The notes: generated by a model not told the origin, from the sequence alone. 43,669 nucleotides of DNA from Prevotellaceae bacterium (GCA_031254635.1 JAIRUB010000153.1:1-43669); one strand, 5' to 3'; counted from the first letter of the stretch, positions 1 through 10,040 are shown. Made by a program: numbers and translations.

Positions 1-326
1 GTGGCAGTGGAGTTGCAATAAAAGCATTTTTTTGTTCATATATTTTAAAAGACCGTAAATATATGAAATGTAAATATTTAAACAATGTTTTATCAACACT
101 TTTGACTATTAAGCCCAAATCTTTAATTGGTATATACAAGAAATAGTTGACAAAACATCATTGTAGCCCATACTAGTATTGAGACATAAGGGAATAAGGT
201 TAAGGTTTGGATATTTTAACTGCTACTAAGGGAACTTTTACAAATAAGGTTTTTTTAAGGGCTAATAATAGGTTTTCCTTACGGGAAAAATTAAATTCAC
301 CTTGTACCCTTTATCTCTTTAGCCCT

Positions 327-827
327 TCATTCAAATAACGATAATGCTACTGCTTTTCCCGAATATCTTTTTTCGTGCGCCAGCAACCATTGCTTGCGCT
401 CCAGCCCCCAACGATAGCCTACCAATTCTCCTTGAGCGCCAATAACGCGATGACAAGGAATAACTATGACAAAAGGATTATTGCTGTTGGCGTGTCCCAC
501 AGCGCGTGCAGCCTTAGGATCATTTACACGCTCTGCCAGTTCGCCGTATGAAATGGTTGTGCCATAGGGAATATCCTGCAAAGCATGCCAAACATTTAAG
601 GTAAACGGCGTAGTGTCGAAATGCAGCGGTAAGCGAAACTCTTGCAATTTGCCTTTAAAGTAAGCATCCAACTGCTTAAAAACTTTTCTAAATAAAGGTG
701 AAAGCACAACAGCCCTCTGCTTGCCGGGTGCAATATCATCAACAAAGGAAATGCTGTCAAGTTCCAGGCCATCGGCGCTTTCAATACGAAGCGCCCCAAT
801 CGGGCTATAATATATTACTTGTTTCAT
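327..827 (-). CDS. ogt: methylated-DNA--protein-cysteine methyltransferase (Ogt/MGMT family)
   Basis: 166-aa ORF with the alkyl-acceptor motif IPCHRVIG followed by GYRWGLERKQWLLAHE, typical of O6-alkylguanine transferases. Confidence 0.9.
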   Translation of the reverse strand: MKQVIYYSPIGALRIESADGLELDSISFVDDIAPGKQRAVVLSPLFRKVFKQLDAYFKGKLQEFRLPLHFDTTPFTLNVWHALQDIPYGTTISYGELAERVNDPKAARAVGHANSNNPFVIVIPCHRVIGAQGELVGYRWGLERKQWLLAHEKRYSGKAVALSLFE

Positions 828-842
828 AACAAGATGGTTAAG

Positions 843-1490
843 TTACTTTCCTGCCATTCCTTCAAGCATAGGCACAAAGTTGTAGTTGCCGTGCCGTGTT
901 GTACGATAATCATCTTTACCGAAACATTCTATCAACTGCATATCCTGACCATTGACGCCTATCGGAATTACCATACGGCCTCCCACGGCTAATTGTTCCA
1001 ACAGTATTGGCGGAACAGTGGGGGCTCCGCAGGTTACTATAATTTTCTGATAAGGGGCAAAAGCGCTGTTTCCCTTATATCCGTCACCATAAAAGAGCGT
1101 TACCTGATAATTCAAATTCCATAAAATATTTTGTGCCTGTACATAAAGTTCTTTCTGCCGTTCAATAGAATACACCTTAGCGCCCATTTCGGCTAAAACC
1201 GCTGCCTGATAACCGCAACCTGTGCCAATTTCCAATACTTTGTCCCATTTTTTTATTTCCAACAGATGGGTTTGCATGGCTACCGTAAATGGCTGCGATA
1301 TCGTTTGCTGCGCAGCAATAGGTAGGGGCCTGTCTTCATAAGCCAAATGTTCTAGTCCATTAGCCACAAAAAGTTGGCGGGAAATTTTACCAATGGCGGC
1401 CAATACCCGCTCATCAAAGCTAAACTTCCGTCGCAATTGCTCCACCAAGTGTTGACGTAAAATCTTATATTTTATATCTTCAATATCCAT
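843..1490 (-). CDS. pcm: protein-L-isoaspartate O-methyltransferase
   Basis: 215-aa ORF with the SAM-binding motif VLEIGTGCGYQAAVLA. ISQPFTVAMQ and the overall length match the PCMT family. Confidence 0.9.
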   Translation of the reverse strand: MDIEDIKYKILRQHLVEQLRRKFSFDERVLAAIGKISRQLFVANGLEHLAYEDRPLPIAAQQTISQPFTVAMQTHLLEIKKWDKVLEIGTGCGYQAAVLAEMGAKVYSIERQKELYVQAQNILWNLNYQVTLFYGDGYKGNSAFAPYQKIIVTCGAPTVPPILLEQLAVGGRMVIPIGVNGQDMQLIECFGKDDYRTTRHGNYNFVPMLEGMAGK

Positions 1491-1573
1491 GATTTACAAA
1501 GATAAGGATTATTTTTGATTTACAGATTTACGGATTTATGAATAAAGATTGCGGTATGTCTCATCTTTAGGCA

Positions 1574-2194
1574 TTAATAATGGCCCATTACCCGCCAGTA
1601 ATAATACTCAAAAGAACCTTCGTGATACATTTTCACCATTGCTTCCACCGGCTTGTCTTCGCCGTATTTATCATAAGGTTTCTTCAGATTGGCGCCGAAT
1701 AGCTGGGCAATACCCTGCCAAAAGAAGGCTGTAAATCCACCCTTTATGTCTTTGATAATGTAATAAGAAGTTTGCCCCACCTCTCTGTCAATTAAGCGCA
1801 TCAACAATTTTCCTTGCAAAAAAGTTAATTTTTTTAACGGCGCTTCAAATTCCTTGAACAGTTCTTTTTCTTTACGTTTTATGTATTCCTCGCGTTCTTT
1901 TTTTGAAGAAATAGCCACAACGCCCGAATCAATCTGTATTAAGCATTGCTTGGCCAATAGGGCATAAGGATATACTTTTCTGAAATTAGTTACCAAGCGT
2001 TGGTACTCACGCTGCGCCTTTTCGTTTTTAAATACCGGCTTGGGGAAAACATATACCGGTTTAAGCGGAATCATATACACGGTATCGCCCTGTTCAATGA
2101 TATAGCCTAAGACGTGCCCTTGCTGGGCTTTGAGCGGGCTTGCCGCAAACAGCACTATCAAGAGCAGTAAGTTATATTTTAGCGACTTACACAT
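1574..2194 (-). CDS. secreted DUF4294-like protein
   Basis: 206-aa ORF with an N-terminal signal peptide (LLLLIVLFAASPLKAQQ). The block KKLTFLQGKLLMRLIDREVGQTSYYIIKD resembles the conserved core I recall for DUF4294. Confidence 0.65.
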   Translation of the reverse strand: MCKSLKYNLLLLIVLFAASPLKAQQGHVLGYIIEQGDTVYMIPLKPVYVFPKPVFKNEKAQREYQRLVTNFRKVYPYALLAKQCLIQIDSGVVAISSKKEREEYIKRKEKELFKEFEAPLKKLTFLQGKLLMRLIDREVGQTSYYIIKDIKGGFTAFFWQGIAQLFGANLKKPYDKYGEDKPVEAMVKMYHEGSFEYYYWRVMGHY

Positions 2195-2217
2195 TCACAT
2201 CAATTAATACTAACCAA

Positions 2218-2225
2218 CAAAGATA
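2218..2225 (-). promoter_or_regulatory. Bacteroidota sigma-A -7 box (TATCTTTG on the minus strand)
   Basis: CAAAGATA on the plus strand equals TAtcTTTG on the minus strand. It lies about 24 nt upstream of the ATG at 2194. Confidence 0.45.
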
Positions 2226-2314
2226 GTGATTATTTTATAAATTTTATTGTGAAGCGTAAAGCGTTAGGCGTGAAGCGAGTTAACCCTCTACCGAGAATAC
2301 AGCTTCAGGTCAAA

Positions 2315-3049
2315 TTATTGCCATTGCTTTGCACTGGTTGACAAACCATCAGAAGTTCCATGTACTTTCACCGTTACAGGGTTTGTAATGAAAGAAGTGA
2401 AAATTTCGCCGTCGTCTGCATTGAAGTCAGACAAGTACTTCACCCAAAAGGTTAAGGTATGTGATGTCACATTTGCATATTCTTCGATGAGTGGCGTCAA
2501 ATCGAAACCAAACTTAGTAATTGTTTTTTTGTTGGAGCCATCAACGGTGTTGGTTTTTTTAGAGCGCAGATATACAGTAGGGTGTGTTTCGCCGCTTTCT
2601 TTGTCAAATCGCATTTCGTAATCTAAAATTTGCCCATCGGGAGCCATCTGCTCAAATTCAAAAATCCAAATGTTTCCGGCATGATTACGCCACATCAACG
2701 CACGGTCAATGGTATAGGTAAAATCGCTTGCGATTGCGGTTTCCGGCTCTGCCACGCTATATCCGACTTGCTTGTAACTGATGTTCGACACGAACATCGT
2801 ATCCTTATTTGTCTGTTTATCTTCTTCAATAAACAAGTTAACCCAAAACAAATCGTTAATTTCTGGATTTTCTCCGGAAAGTCCGGGCGCAAACAATAAT
2901 ATATCATAAAGAACCTCAAGCGCCGGCTGTCCTGCTTTCAAGTCCTTTACAATAGCTGCACCCTCATAATATAATACTCTTGGAGGGTTATCAAGTTTGC
3001 AACTCCAAAACATACAAACACTTATTAAAAAAAAAATTAATTTTTTCAT
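2315..3049 (-). CDS. hypothetical lipoprotein
   Basis: 244-aa ORF with signal peptide plus lipobox (ISVCMFWSC). No recognisable catalytic motif. Codons 5-8 contain a T10 run, seen as A10 on the plus strand at 3027-3036. Confidence 0.7.
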   Translation of the reverse strand: MKKLIFFLISVCMFWSCKLDNPPRVLYYEGAAIVKDLKAGQPALEVLYDILLFAPGLSGENPEINDLFWVNLFIEEDKQTNKDTMFVSNISYKQVGYSVAEPETAIASDFTYTIDRALMWRNHAGNIWIFEFEQMAPDGQILDYEMRFDKESGETHPTVYLRSKKTNTVDGSNKKTITKFGFDLTPLIEEYANVTSHTLTFWVKYLSDFNADDGEIFTSFITNPVTVKVHGTSDGLSTSAKQWQ

Positions 3050-3143
3050 TATAATTATAATTTAACTTCTTGTAGCTATTATCTTGTAGCTATTATAATA
3101 GATGCCTGAACTTCAAAAAACGCTGCATTTACAAAATAATCAC

Positions 3144-3151
3144 TATCTTTG
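3144..3151 (+). promoter_or_regulatory. Bacteroidota -7 box TATCTTTG
   Basis: Exact TAnnTTTG match 30 nt upstream of the ATG at 3182. Confidence 0.45.
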
Positions 3152-3181
3152 TAGGTTATTTTAATAAAAAGGGGTACTTGA

Positions 3182-4108
3182 ATGAAAATCATATTTATCC
3201 GCACGCTCTTGCTATTTTTGCTGCTTGTTAGCTGTGCCAATACAACAAACAATCTTTCCGTTCCGCAACAAAATGAGCCTCCCGGCTTTCAGCAGGATAT
3301 TCGCACACCGAATATTCCTGATAAATTGAACTTTGCCGGAGAAGTTGTGCCGTTGGAATATTTTGATGTAGCAGAACCATTGATTCGCGAATTGTCCATA
3401 ATTTGCTATTGGCACGCCAGCACGATGTACATCACTAAATTATCGCACCGATTTTTTCCTATCATTGAGCCCATACTCCAACGAGAAGGCATACCCAACG
3501 ACTTCAAATACCTTTGTGTAGCAGAGAGCGGCTTGCAACAAGTGATATCACCGAATAAGGCAGTGGGTTTTTGGCAGTTTCTTGAAGCAACAGGCAAGGA
3601 GTACGGGTTGGAAATCAACAGCGAGATTGACGAGCGCTACCATATTGAAAAAGCAACAGTGGCTGCCTGCGCTTACCTCAAAAAAGCTTACGAAAAATAC
3701 GATTCATGGACAATGGCTGCCGCCGCTTACAATATGGGAATGGCCAATGCCGACAAGCAGATTGGTCGACAAAAACAGACTTCATACTACGATTTGTTAT
3801 TGCCCGATGAAACTATGCGCTATATCTTTCGTATATTGGCTTTCAAAACAGTGATGTCGAACCTCGAAACTTATGGTTTCTTTATTCGGAAAGACGAGTT
3901 ATTTTCTCCCTTACAGTGGACAGAAGCAACTATTGATGAACCGATTACTTCGTGGGCAGACTTTGCTGAAAAATACAATACCAATTACAAAACACTCAAA
4001 TATCTCAACCCTTGGCTACGTGATGCGGTTTTAACCAATAAGGTCAAGAAAACTTATGTGATAAAAATTCCCACACCCGGATTTCGTATCAAGGCTACCG
4101 ATTTATAA
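3182..4108 (+). CDS. lytic transglycosylase domain lipoprotein (GH23/SLT, MltD-like)
   Basis: 308-aa ORF with a lipobox (LLLVSC). It has the SLT catalytic region CVAESGLQQ..SPNKAVGFWQF and the AAAYNMG motif. Confidence 0.8.
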   Translation: MKIIFIRTLLLFLLLVSCANTTNNLSVPQQNEPPGFQQDIRTPNIPDKLNFAGEVVPLEYFDVAEPLIRELSIICYWHASTMYITKLSHRFFPIIEPILQREGIPNDFKYLCVAESGLQQVISPNKAVGFWQFLEATGKEYGLEINSEIDERYHIEKATVAACAYLKKAYEKYDSWTMAAAAYNMGMANADKQIGRQKQTSYYDLLLPDETMRYIFRILAFKTVMSNLETYGFFIRKDELFSPLQWTEATIDEPITSWADFAEKYNTNYKTLKYLNPWLRDAVLTNKVKKTYVIKIPTPGFRIKATDL

Positions 4109-7038
4109 TGAAAAAACCAACCGCTGAAAACGAACAAAGCCTAGTAGTGCTTGGGGCGCGGGTACACAATCTCAAAAACATTGATGTACAGATTCCGCGT
4201 TATGCCCTTACAGTAATTACGGGCCTCAGCGGAAGCGGAAAATCGTCTTTGGCCTTCGATACTATTTATGCCGAAGGGCAACGGCGTTATTTGGAAACCT
4301 TGTCGGCCTACGCACGGCAGTTCATGGGCAGCATGGAGCGACCTGATGTGGACCAGATTATCGGCCTCAGCCCCGTAATAGCCATTGAACAGAAAACTAC
4401 CAATAAGAATCCACGTTCCACAGTAGGCACTATTACCGAAGTGTATGACTTCTTGCGTTTGCTGTATGCCCGCGCCGCTATTGCTTACTCCTCGGCTACA
4501 GGCGAAGAAATGGTGCGCTATACTGACGAGCAAATTGTACAATTAATTATTCAACAGTTTGCAGGAAAGAAGTGTGCACTACTGGCTCCGGTGGTATCGG
4601 GGCGGAAAGGACATTACAAAGAATTGTTCGAGCAACTGCGCAAACGCGGCTTTCTCAATGCACGTATCGATGGTGAAATAGTAGAAATAAAAGCCCAGCA
4701 TAAACTCGATCGTTATAAACCCCACTTTATCGAAGTAGTTATCGACAAACTTGTACTCTCCAATAGCGACGAACAGCGGCTGCGCGAATCAGTACGCACC
4801 GCCTTGCAACAAGGCAGGGGAACTATGGCTATGCTTGAGATGGATAGTAAGCAACTACGTTACTACAGTCGCCAATTAATGTGCCCAACCACCGGCCTTT
4901 CCTATGCCGAACCTGCTCCTCACTCTTTCTCTTTCAACTCGCCGCAAGGCGCTTGTCCACAGTGCAACGGATTAGGAACCATAGCTAAGATTGATATTAA
5001 AAAAATTATTCCTAACGATAAGGTCAGCATCAAAAAAGGAGGCATCGTCGCCTTAGGAAAATACCGCGATTCCGTTTCTTTCCGTATATTGGATGCTATC
5101 GCTGAAAAATACGATTTTTCGTTAGACGAGCCCATTGCCGAGATACCGGAGACGGCGCTCAACATTATTCTCCACGGTTCGGAAGAATTATTCCGCATAA
5201 AACTTTCCGGCGGGCTGCAAGCAAATTATATGACAACCTTCAGCGGCGTAGTAAGCATTTTAGAAAGCGTCGAAGAAGACAGTGAAAATTCAAAAATTAA
5301 CACCGAGCGTTTTGTCTCCTATACCGCTTGCCCCTCATGTCGCAGCACACGATTGAAGGAAGAAGCGCTTTGGTTCAGGATTGACGGGAAAAATATAGCC
5401 GAACTTAACGCTATGGATTTACAATCGTTGTACCACTGGTTTGATGGACTTGAAAAACGGCTCAACAAAAAACAACGAATCATAGCAAAAGATTTACTGA
5501 AAGAAATCCGCGATCGATTAGGTTTCCTCATCAATGTCGGTTTATCGTATTTGGCGCTCAACCGCAGTACGTGCAGTCTTAGCGGCGGCGAAAGTCAGCG
5601 CATACGCTTGGCCACCCAAATAGGCTCAAAGCTTGTTAACGTATTGTACATCCTCGACGAGCCCAGCATTGGATTGCACCAGCGCGACAACCGAAAACTC
5701 ATTAACGCACTTCAGCGATTGCGCGACGAGTGGAACTCAATTATTGTGGTGGAACACGATGAGGATATGATTCGTCATGCCGACCATGTAATAGATATGG
5801 GGCCGGGAGCCGGATGCAAGGGCGGAGAGGTTGTTTTCTCAGGGAAATTAACTGATGGGTACAAGGTACAAGGTGAAGGGTGCAAGGTGAAGGGTGAAAT
5901 TAATCGCATATCGCATATCGCATATCCTTTTACAACAAATAAGCAAATAAGCAAATCCGCAAATAATCAATATCAGTCCTTCACCTTAGACTACCTATCG
6001 GGGCGGAGGGAAATTGCTATTCCTAAAACACGAAGGAAAGATAGTGGCGAAGAAATTATTATCAAAGGAGCGAGCGGTAACAACCTTCAACAGGTAAATG
6101 TACGCTTTCCTTTAGGGACTTTCATCTGTGTAACGGGCGTGAGCGGCAGCGGCAAGTCAACCCTCGTCAACGAAACCTTGCAGCCAATACTCAGTCAAGC
6201 CCTTTACCGCTCTTTCCAAAATCCGCTGCCTTATGTTTCTGTAAGCGGAATTGAGCATATAGACAAGGTGGTAGAAGTTGACCAGTCGCCTATCGGACGC
6301 ACGCCCCGCAGCAATCCAGCTACTTACACCAATCTCTTTGCCGACATTCGCAAACTATTTGAAGAAACACCCGATGCCAAAATTCGCGGCTATAAGGCCG
6401 GACGCTTCTCTTTTAATGTTCGCGGCGGACGCTGCGAAGACTGTCGCGGTGCGGGTGTACAGACCATCGAAATGAATTTTCTACCCGATGTATATGTTAC
6501 TTGCAAAACCTGCAACGGCAAACGCTATACCCGCGAAACATTAGAAGTAAAATACAAGGGAAAAAATATTAATGAGGTATTAGAGTTAACCATCGACCAG
6601 GCCTGCGAATTTTTTATACACGTACCGCACATCCTGCAAAAACTCAAAACACTTCAGGATGTGGGCTTGGGTTATGTGAAGATAGGGCAGCCTTCCACAA
6701 CTCTCAGCGGCGGCGAAAGCCAACGTGTGAAATTATCAGCCGAATTAGCCAAGCGCGACACCGGTAACACTTTTTATATCTTAGATGAGCCCACTACCGG
6801 CTTACATTTCGAAGATGTGCGCATCCTGCTCGAAGTGCTAAATAAATTAGTAGAGCGCGGCAACACCGTATTGGTTATCGAACACAATATGGACGTCATA
6901 AAAACAGCCGACTATGTAATCGATTTAGGGCCTGAAGGTGGTGCAGGAGGCGGAACAATAGTAGCTACAGGAATGCCTGAAGAAATTGTAAAAAACAAAA
7001 ATAGCTTCACCGGACAATTTTTAGCACGATTATTATGA
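4108..7038 (+). CDS. uvrA: excinuclease ABC subunit A
   Basis: 976-aa ORF with two Walker A sites (GLSGSGKSS, GVSGSGKST), two LSGGE signatures and Zn-finger cysteines (CPQCNGLG, CEDCRGAG..CKTCNGKRY). The ATG overlaps the upstream stop (TAATG). Confidence 0.97.
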   Translation: MKKPTAENEQSLVVLGARVHNLKNIDVQIPRYALTVITGLSGSGKSSLAFDTIYAEGQRRYLETLSAYARQFMGSMERPDVDQIIGLSPVIAIEQKTTNKNPRSTVGTITEVYDFLRLLYARAAIAYSSATGEEMVRYTDEQIVQLIIQQFAGKKCALLAPVVSGRKGHYKELFEQLRKRGFLNARIDGEIVEIKAQHKLDRYKPHFIEVVIDKLVLSNSDEQRLRESVRTALQQGRGTMAMLEMDSKQLRYYSRQLMCPTTGLSYAEPAPHSFSFNSPQGACPQCNGLGTIAKIDIKKIIPNDKVSIKKGGIVALGKYRDSVSFRILDAIAEKYDFSLDEPIAEIPETALNIILHGSEELFRIKLSGGLQANYMTTFSGVVSILESVEEDSENSKINTERFVSYTACPSCRSTRLKEEALWFRIDGKNIAELNAMDLQSLYHWFDGLEKRLNKKQRIIAKDLLKEIRDRLGFLINVGLSYLALNRSTCSLSGGESQRIRLATQIGSKLVNVLYILDEPSIGLHQRDNRKLINALQRLRDEWNSIIVVEHDEDMIRHADHVIDMGPGAGCKGGEVVFSGKLTDGYKVQGEGCKVKGEINRISHIAYPFTTNKQISKSANNQYQSFTLDYLSGRREIAIPKTRRKDSGEEIIIKGASGNNLQQVNVRFPLGTFICVTGVSGSGKSTLVNETLQPILSQALYRSFQNPLPYVSVSGIEHIDKVVEVDQSPIGRTPRSNPATYTNLFADIRKLFEETPDAKIRGYKAGRFSFNVRGGRCEDCRGAGVQTIEMNFLPDVYVTCKTCNGKRYTRETLEVKYKGKNINEVLELTIDQACEFFIHVPHILQKLKTLQDVGLGYVKIGQPSTTLSGGESQRVKLSAELAKRDTGNTFYILDEPTTGLHFEDVRILLEVLNKLVERGNTVLVIEHNMDVIKTADYVIDLGPEGGAGGGTIVATGMPEEIVKNKNSFTGQFLARLL
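5858..5987 (+). repeat. composite micro-repeat / palindromic element inserted in frame in uvrA
   Basis: Six tandem heptamers GGTRMAR at 5858-5899, three ATCGCAT at 5903-5923, and CAAATAAG repeats at 5936-5956. AAGGTGAAGG (5884-5893) is the exact reverse complement of CCTTCACCTT (5978-5987). Confidence 0.75.
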
Positions 7039-7055
7039 TATGCGCAAATAAAAAA

Positions 7056-7078
7056 CCGGAACAACAAGTGTGTTCCGG
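7056..7078 (+). terminator. possible stem-loop terminator after uvrA
   Basis: CCGGAACA - 7-nt loop - TGTTCCGG, 18 nt after the uvrA stop. No U-tract follows, so this is weak. Confidence 0.35.
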
Positions 7079-7251
7079 CGGAACAATATAATAAATAATG
7101 GTTTTAGTTAGTTTTACAAAAGTACAATGACAAATAAATAAAAACAACAAATAATTACACTATTTAAGAAACTATTGTAATATTTAAGAAAGTTTAACAT
7201 TTCTATCTTGTTTTCTTAATTTTTTTTAACTTTGCAAGTAAATTCAAATAA

Positions 7252-8865
7252 ATGAGACTATTGTTTATGAAATATATCAATAAAAAGGAATCTGTACTTT
7301 GGCTGTCAATACTGATATTGATGGCTGCCTGTTCGCCTAAAACTATTGGAAATTTTTCAAATAAATTATTAAACAACAAAGAATTAGTCAGAACCTCATA
7401 CTTGATGGAAGGCTTAAAATATGATGTGTTGGGCGACAAAAATTCGGCCAACTCATTACTTTTTAACGCACTTAAAGCCGACCCCAATTGTGATGCCTGC
7501 TACTATAAATTAGCTGAAATATATTTACAATCAGGTTTTCTTCCACAGGCTTTACACTTGAGTTCTTGCGCCGTACAACTCGACTCTACCAATGTATGGT
7601 ATCGCCTGCAATTCTGTGGAATAAGCATCATTGCTAAAGACTTTGAGGGGGCTGCCGAACAATTTGAATACCTTGAACCTACCATGGCCAACGACCCGCA
7701 ATTCTTATTTCTGAAGTATGAAGTCTTTATAAATACCGGCGATATGCCCGCCGCCTTGGAAGTGCTGGAAAAATTGAACATATTAGCTCCCAATCCTCGG
7801 ATTTATTCTTTTTTGGGCGAGATGTACATCAATATGGAAAAAGACTCGTTGAGCTTAGATGCTTACCGGCAATCCTTGGCTATGGATCCCGATTATCCGC
7901 CTGCACTATTCGGTGAGATGGATTATTATCGTCGGAAACAAGATTTCGACACTTTCTTTGATAAACTATATCATATCTGTCGGATTACCAATATTCCCAT
8001 GGAAATGAAGTTTGACTACCTATCGGCTATGATACGTATGCCGCGATTTCCGCAAATTTTCCAAGAGAAGCTTGATACTACATTTACCTTATTACGGCCG
8101 GTGCCCGATAGCTTAGTAGAACCGCTTTACGGTGAATATCTTATTCAAACTAATCGGAGCGATTCTGCCCTAACTGTTTTCAGAAATGCAACCCTCAGCT
8201 TTCCCGAAAATATCCAAATTTGGGAAACTTTATTGGCTTATGTTTATTACATACAAGACTGGAACAGCTTAGAAATATATGCTACAGAAGCCTTGCAATT
8301 TTCCCCTACAAGGGTAAATTTTATGACTTTAAAAGCGCTTGCTCTTTGGCAGCAAAAAAGAGTACCACAAGCGATACAGTTATTCGAAGAAACCCTTTCT
8401 TTCAGCAAGAACGACACTGCACAAACCGTACAAACTTACGCTATGCTGGGTGACTTGTACCAGCAGGAAGGAAATAATAAAAAAGCTTTTAGCTATTATG
8501 AGAAAGCATTAGCCATAGATAGCTCAAATGTTTTAGTACTCAACAATTATGCCTACTTTTTAAGTTTAGCCAGACAACAGTTGGACAAGGCTTATCGGAT
8601 GAGTAAAAAAGCCATTACAGCAGAGCCTAACAATGCTACCTATTTAGATACTTTCGGTTGGATTTTATATAAGATGGGGAAATATTTTGAAGCCAAAGCT
8701 ATTTTCAAACATGCCATGATATACGGAGGGCTAGAGCAAGCTCTAATTCTTGACCACTATGGTGATGTGCTTGATGCATTAGGAGAAAAAGAAACAGCTG
8801 TTATTTACTGGGAAATGTCGTACCGGAAAGAAGCAGATCCTGAAGTAAGAAAAAAATATAAATGA
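7252..8865 (+). CDS. tetratricopeptide-repeat lipoprotein
   Basis: 537-aa ORF with a lipobox (LILMAACS) and multiple TPR-like units, for example AFSYYEKALAIDSSNVLVLNNYAYFL. The start could instead be the ATG at 7267. A TAACTTTG -7 box lies at 7227-7234. Confidence 0.8.
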   Translation: MRLLFMKYINKKESVLWLSILILMAACSPKTIGNFSNKLLNNKELVRTSYLMEGLKYDVLGDKNSANSLLFNALKADPNCDACYYKLAEIYLQSGFLPQALHLSSCAVQLDSTNVWYRLQFCGISIIAKDFEGAAEQFEYLEPTMANDPQFLFLKYEVFINTGDMPAALEVLEKLNILAPNPRIYSFLGEMYINMEKDSLSLDAYRQSLAMDPDYPPALFGEMDYYRRKQDFDTFFDKLYHICRITNIPMEMKFDYLSAMIRMPRFPQIFQEKLDTTFTLLRPVPDSLVEPLYGEYLIQTNRSDSALTVFRNATLSFPENIQIWETLLAYVYYIQDWNSLEIYATEALQFSPTRVNFMTLKALALWQQKRVPQAIQLFEETLSFSKNDTAQTVQTYAMLGDLYQQEGNNKKAFSYYEKALAIDSSNVLVLNNYAYFLSLARQQLDKAYRMSKKAITAEPNNATYLDTFGWILYKMGKYFEAKAIFKHAMIYGGLEQALILDHYGDVLDALGEKETAVIYWEMSYRKEADPEVRKKYK

Positions 8866-10040
8866 TACGGACCTTTCACATACTCTTGTTTTGCATTATA
8901 TCCTGCATTTTTCTGCAGGCACAATCAATTGAAGAATTGAACAAACGTCGGAAAAAAGCAGAAGACGAGATTGCTTATATTGATAAGCTCCTCAAAACCA
9001 ATGTCCAACAACAAAAGAACAGTTTAGCTCAACTGAGCCTTACCAAGCAAAAATTGGTACAACGAAAAGAAATAATTATCGGCATCGACTTACAAATACG
9101 TATTGTTGAGCAGGATTTAAAAAATAAGAACAATCATATTGATGAATTACAAGTACGCTTAACTTCGCTGAAAAATTCTTTAAAAAATTTATTACTCCAG
9201 GCCTACAAATACCGTGATAGCCGCTCTTGGATGATGTTTATACTATCGAGCGACGACTTTGGTATGGCTTATCGCCGCTGGCAATATTTCAAGCTACTGA
9301 CTGAGCAAATAAACGAAAGGGCGGCCAACATTAAAGAAACATCCGAAAAAATAAATACTGAAATTTTTTTACTTGTTCAAAAACAGCAGGAATTAACTAG
9401 CTATCTTCATCAAAAACAAAACGAGGTTAATAAACTGCAAAAGGAAGAACAGTCTACGCAAACAATCATTAAAAACTTGTCGGGACAAGAAAAAAAGCTA
9501 AAAAAAGATGCAGAAGCACAGCGAAAGGAAATTAATAGGATTAATGCGGAAATTGAACGTATTATTAAAGAAGAAGCCAAAAAACAGCGACAGAAGGAAG
9601 GCGGCAACCTCCCCGTCGATAGAGCTTTGACAGCTAATTTTGAAAACAACCGTAACAATCTTCCCTGGCCTGTTAAGAAAGGAGTGGTGGTAGATAAATT
9701 TGGCGAACATTCCCATCCTGTATTTAAAGGCATACAAATAAATAATAACGGTATCGACATTTCTACTGAAAAAGGCAGTAAGGCTATGGCGGTATTTAAC
9801 GGTACTGTTGTCAAAATCTTTCCTGTTGCCGGTTTCAATAATTGCGTACTGGTGCAACATGGAGGCTACTATAGCCTTTACTGCAAATTAGGTGCAGTGC
9901 AAGTGAAAAAAGACGATAAAATTAACGTAGGGCAGGAAATAGGCAATATCATTACCACCGATGAAGGGATCACCTTGCTGCATTTCGAGTTATGGAAGGG
10001 CACACAAAAGTTGAATCCTGAACTATGGTTAGCAAAATAA
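8862..10040 (+). CDS. M23 family murein DD-endopeptidase / EnvC-like activator
   Basis: 392-aa ORF with a signal peptide, a long coiled-coil region (Q/K/E-rich) and a C-terminal LytM/M23 domain (GIDISTEKGSKAMAVFNGTV..LLHFELW). ATGA overlap with the upstream gene. Confidence 0.85.
   Translation: MIRTFHILLFCIISCIFLQAQSIEELNKRRKKAEDEIAYIDKLLKTNVQQQKNSLAQLSLTKQKLVQRKEIIIGIDLQIRIVEQDLKNKNNHIDELQVRLTSLKNSLKNLLLQAYKYRDSRSWMMFILSSDDFGMAYRRWQYFKLLTEQINERAANIKETSEKINTEIFLLVQKQQELTSYLHQKQNEVNKLQKEEQSTQTIIKNLSGQEKKLKKDAEAQRKEINRINAEIERIIKEEAKKQRQKEGGNLPVDRALTANFENNRNNLPWPVKKGVVVDKFGEHSHPVFKGIQINNNGIDISTEKGSKAMAVFNGTVVKIFPVAGFNNCVLVQHGGYYSLYCKLGAVQVKKDDKINVGQEIGNIITTDEGITLLHFELWKGTQKLNPELWLAK

Noticed and set aside
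1497-1504. TATCTTTG -7 box (minus strand) in front of pcm.
   Set aside because: It lies only about 7 nt from the annotated ATG at 1490. Either the mRNA is leaderless or the match is fortuitous, so it is not reported as a feature.
3068-3095. Tandem 14-nt duplication CTTGTAGCTATTAT x2 upstream of the 2315-3049 lipoprotein gene.
   Set aside because: It is real in the sequence but is a single small duplication in an AT-rich spacer with no further copies. It was judged too minor to report as a finding.
4141-6475. Several 65-133-aa ORFs antisense to or out of frame within uvrA. Similar nested ORFs occur inside the asmA-like gene, tldD, pmbA, kbl, the M23 gene and others.
   Set aside because: They are fully embedded in strongly supported long genes and have no independent motifs. 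These are typical shadow ORFs.
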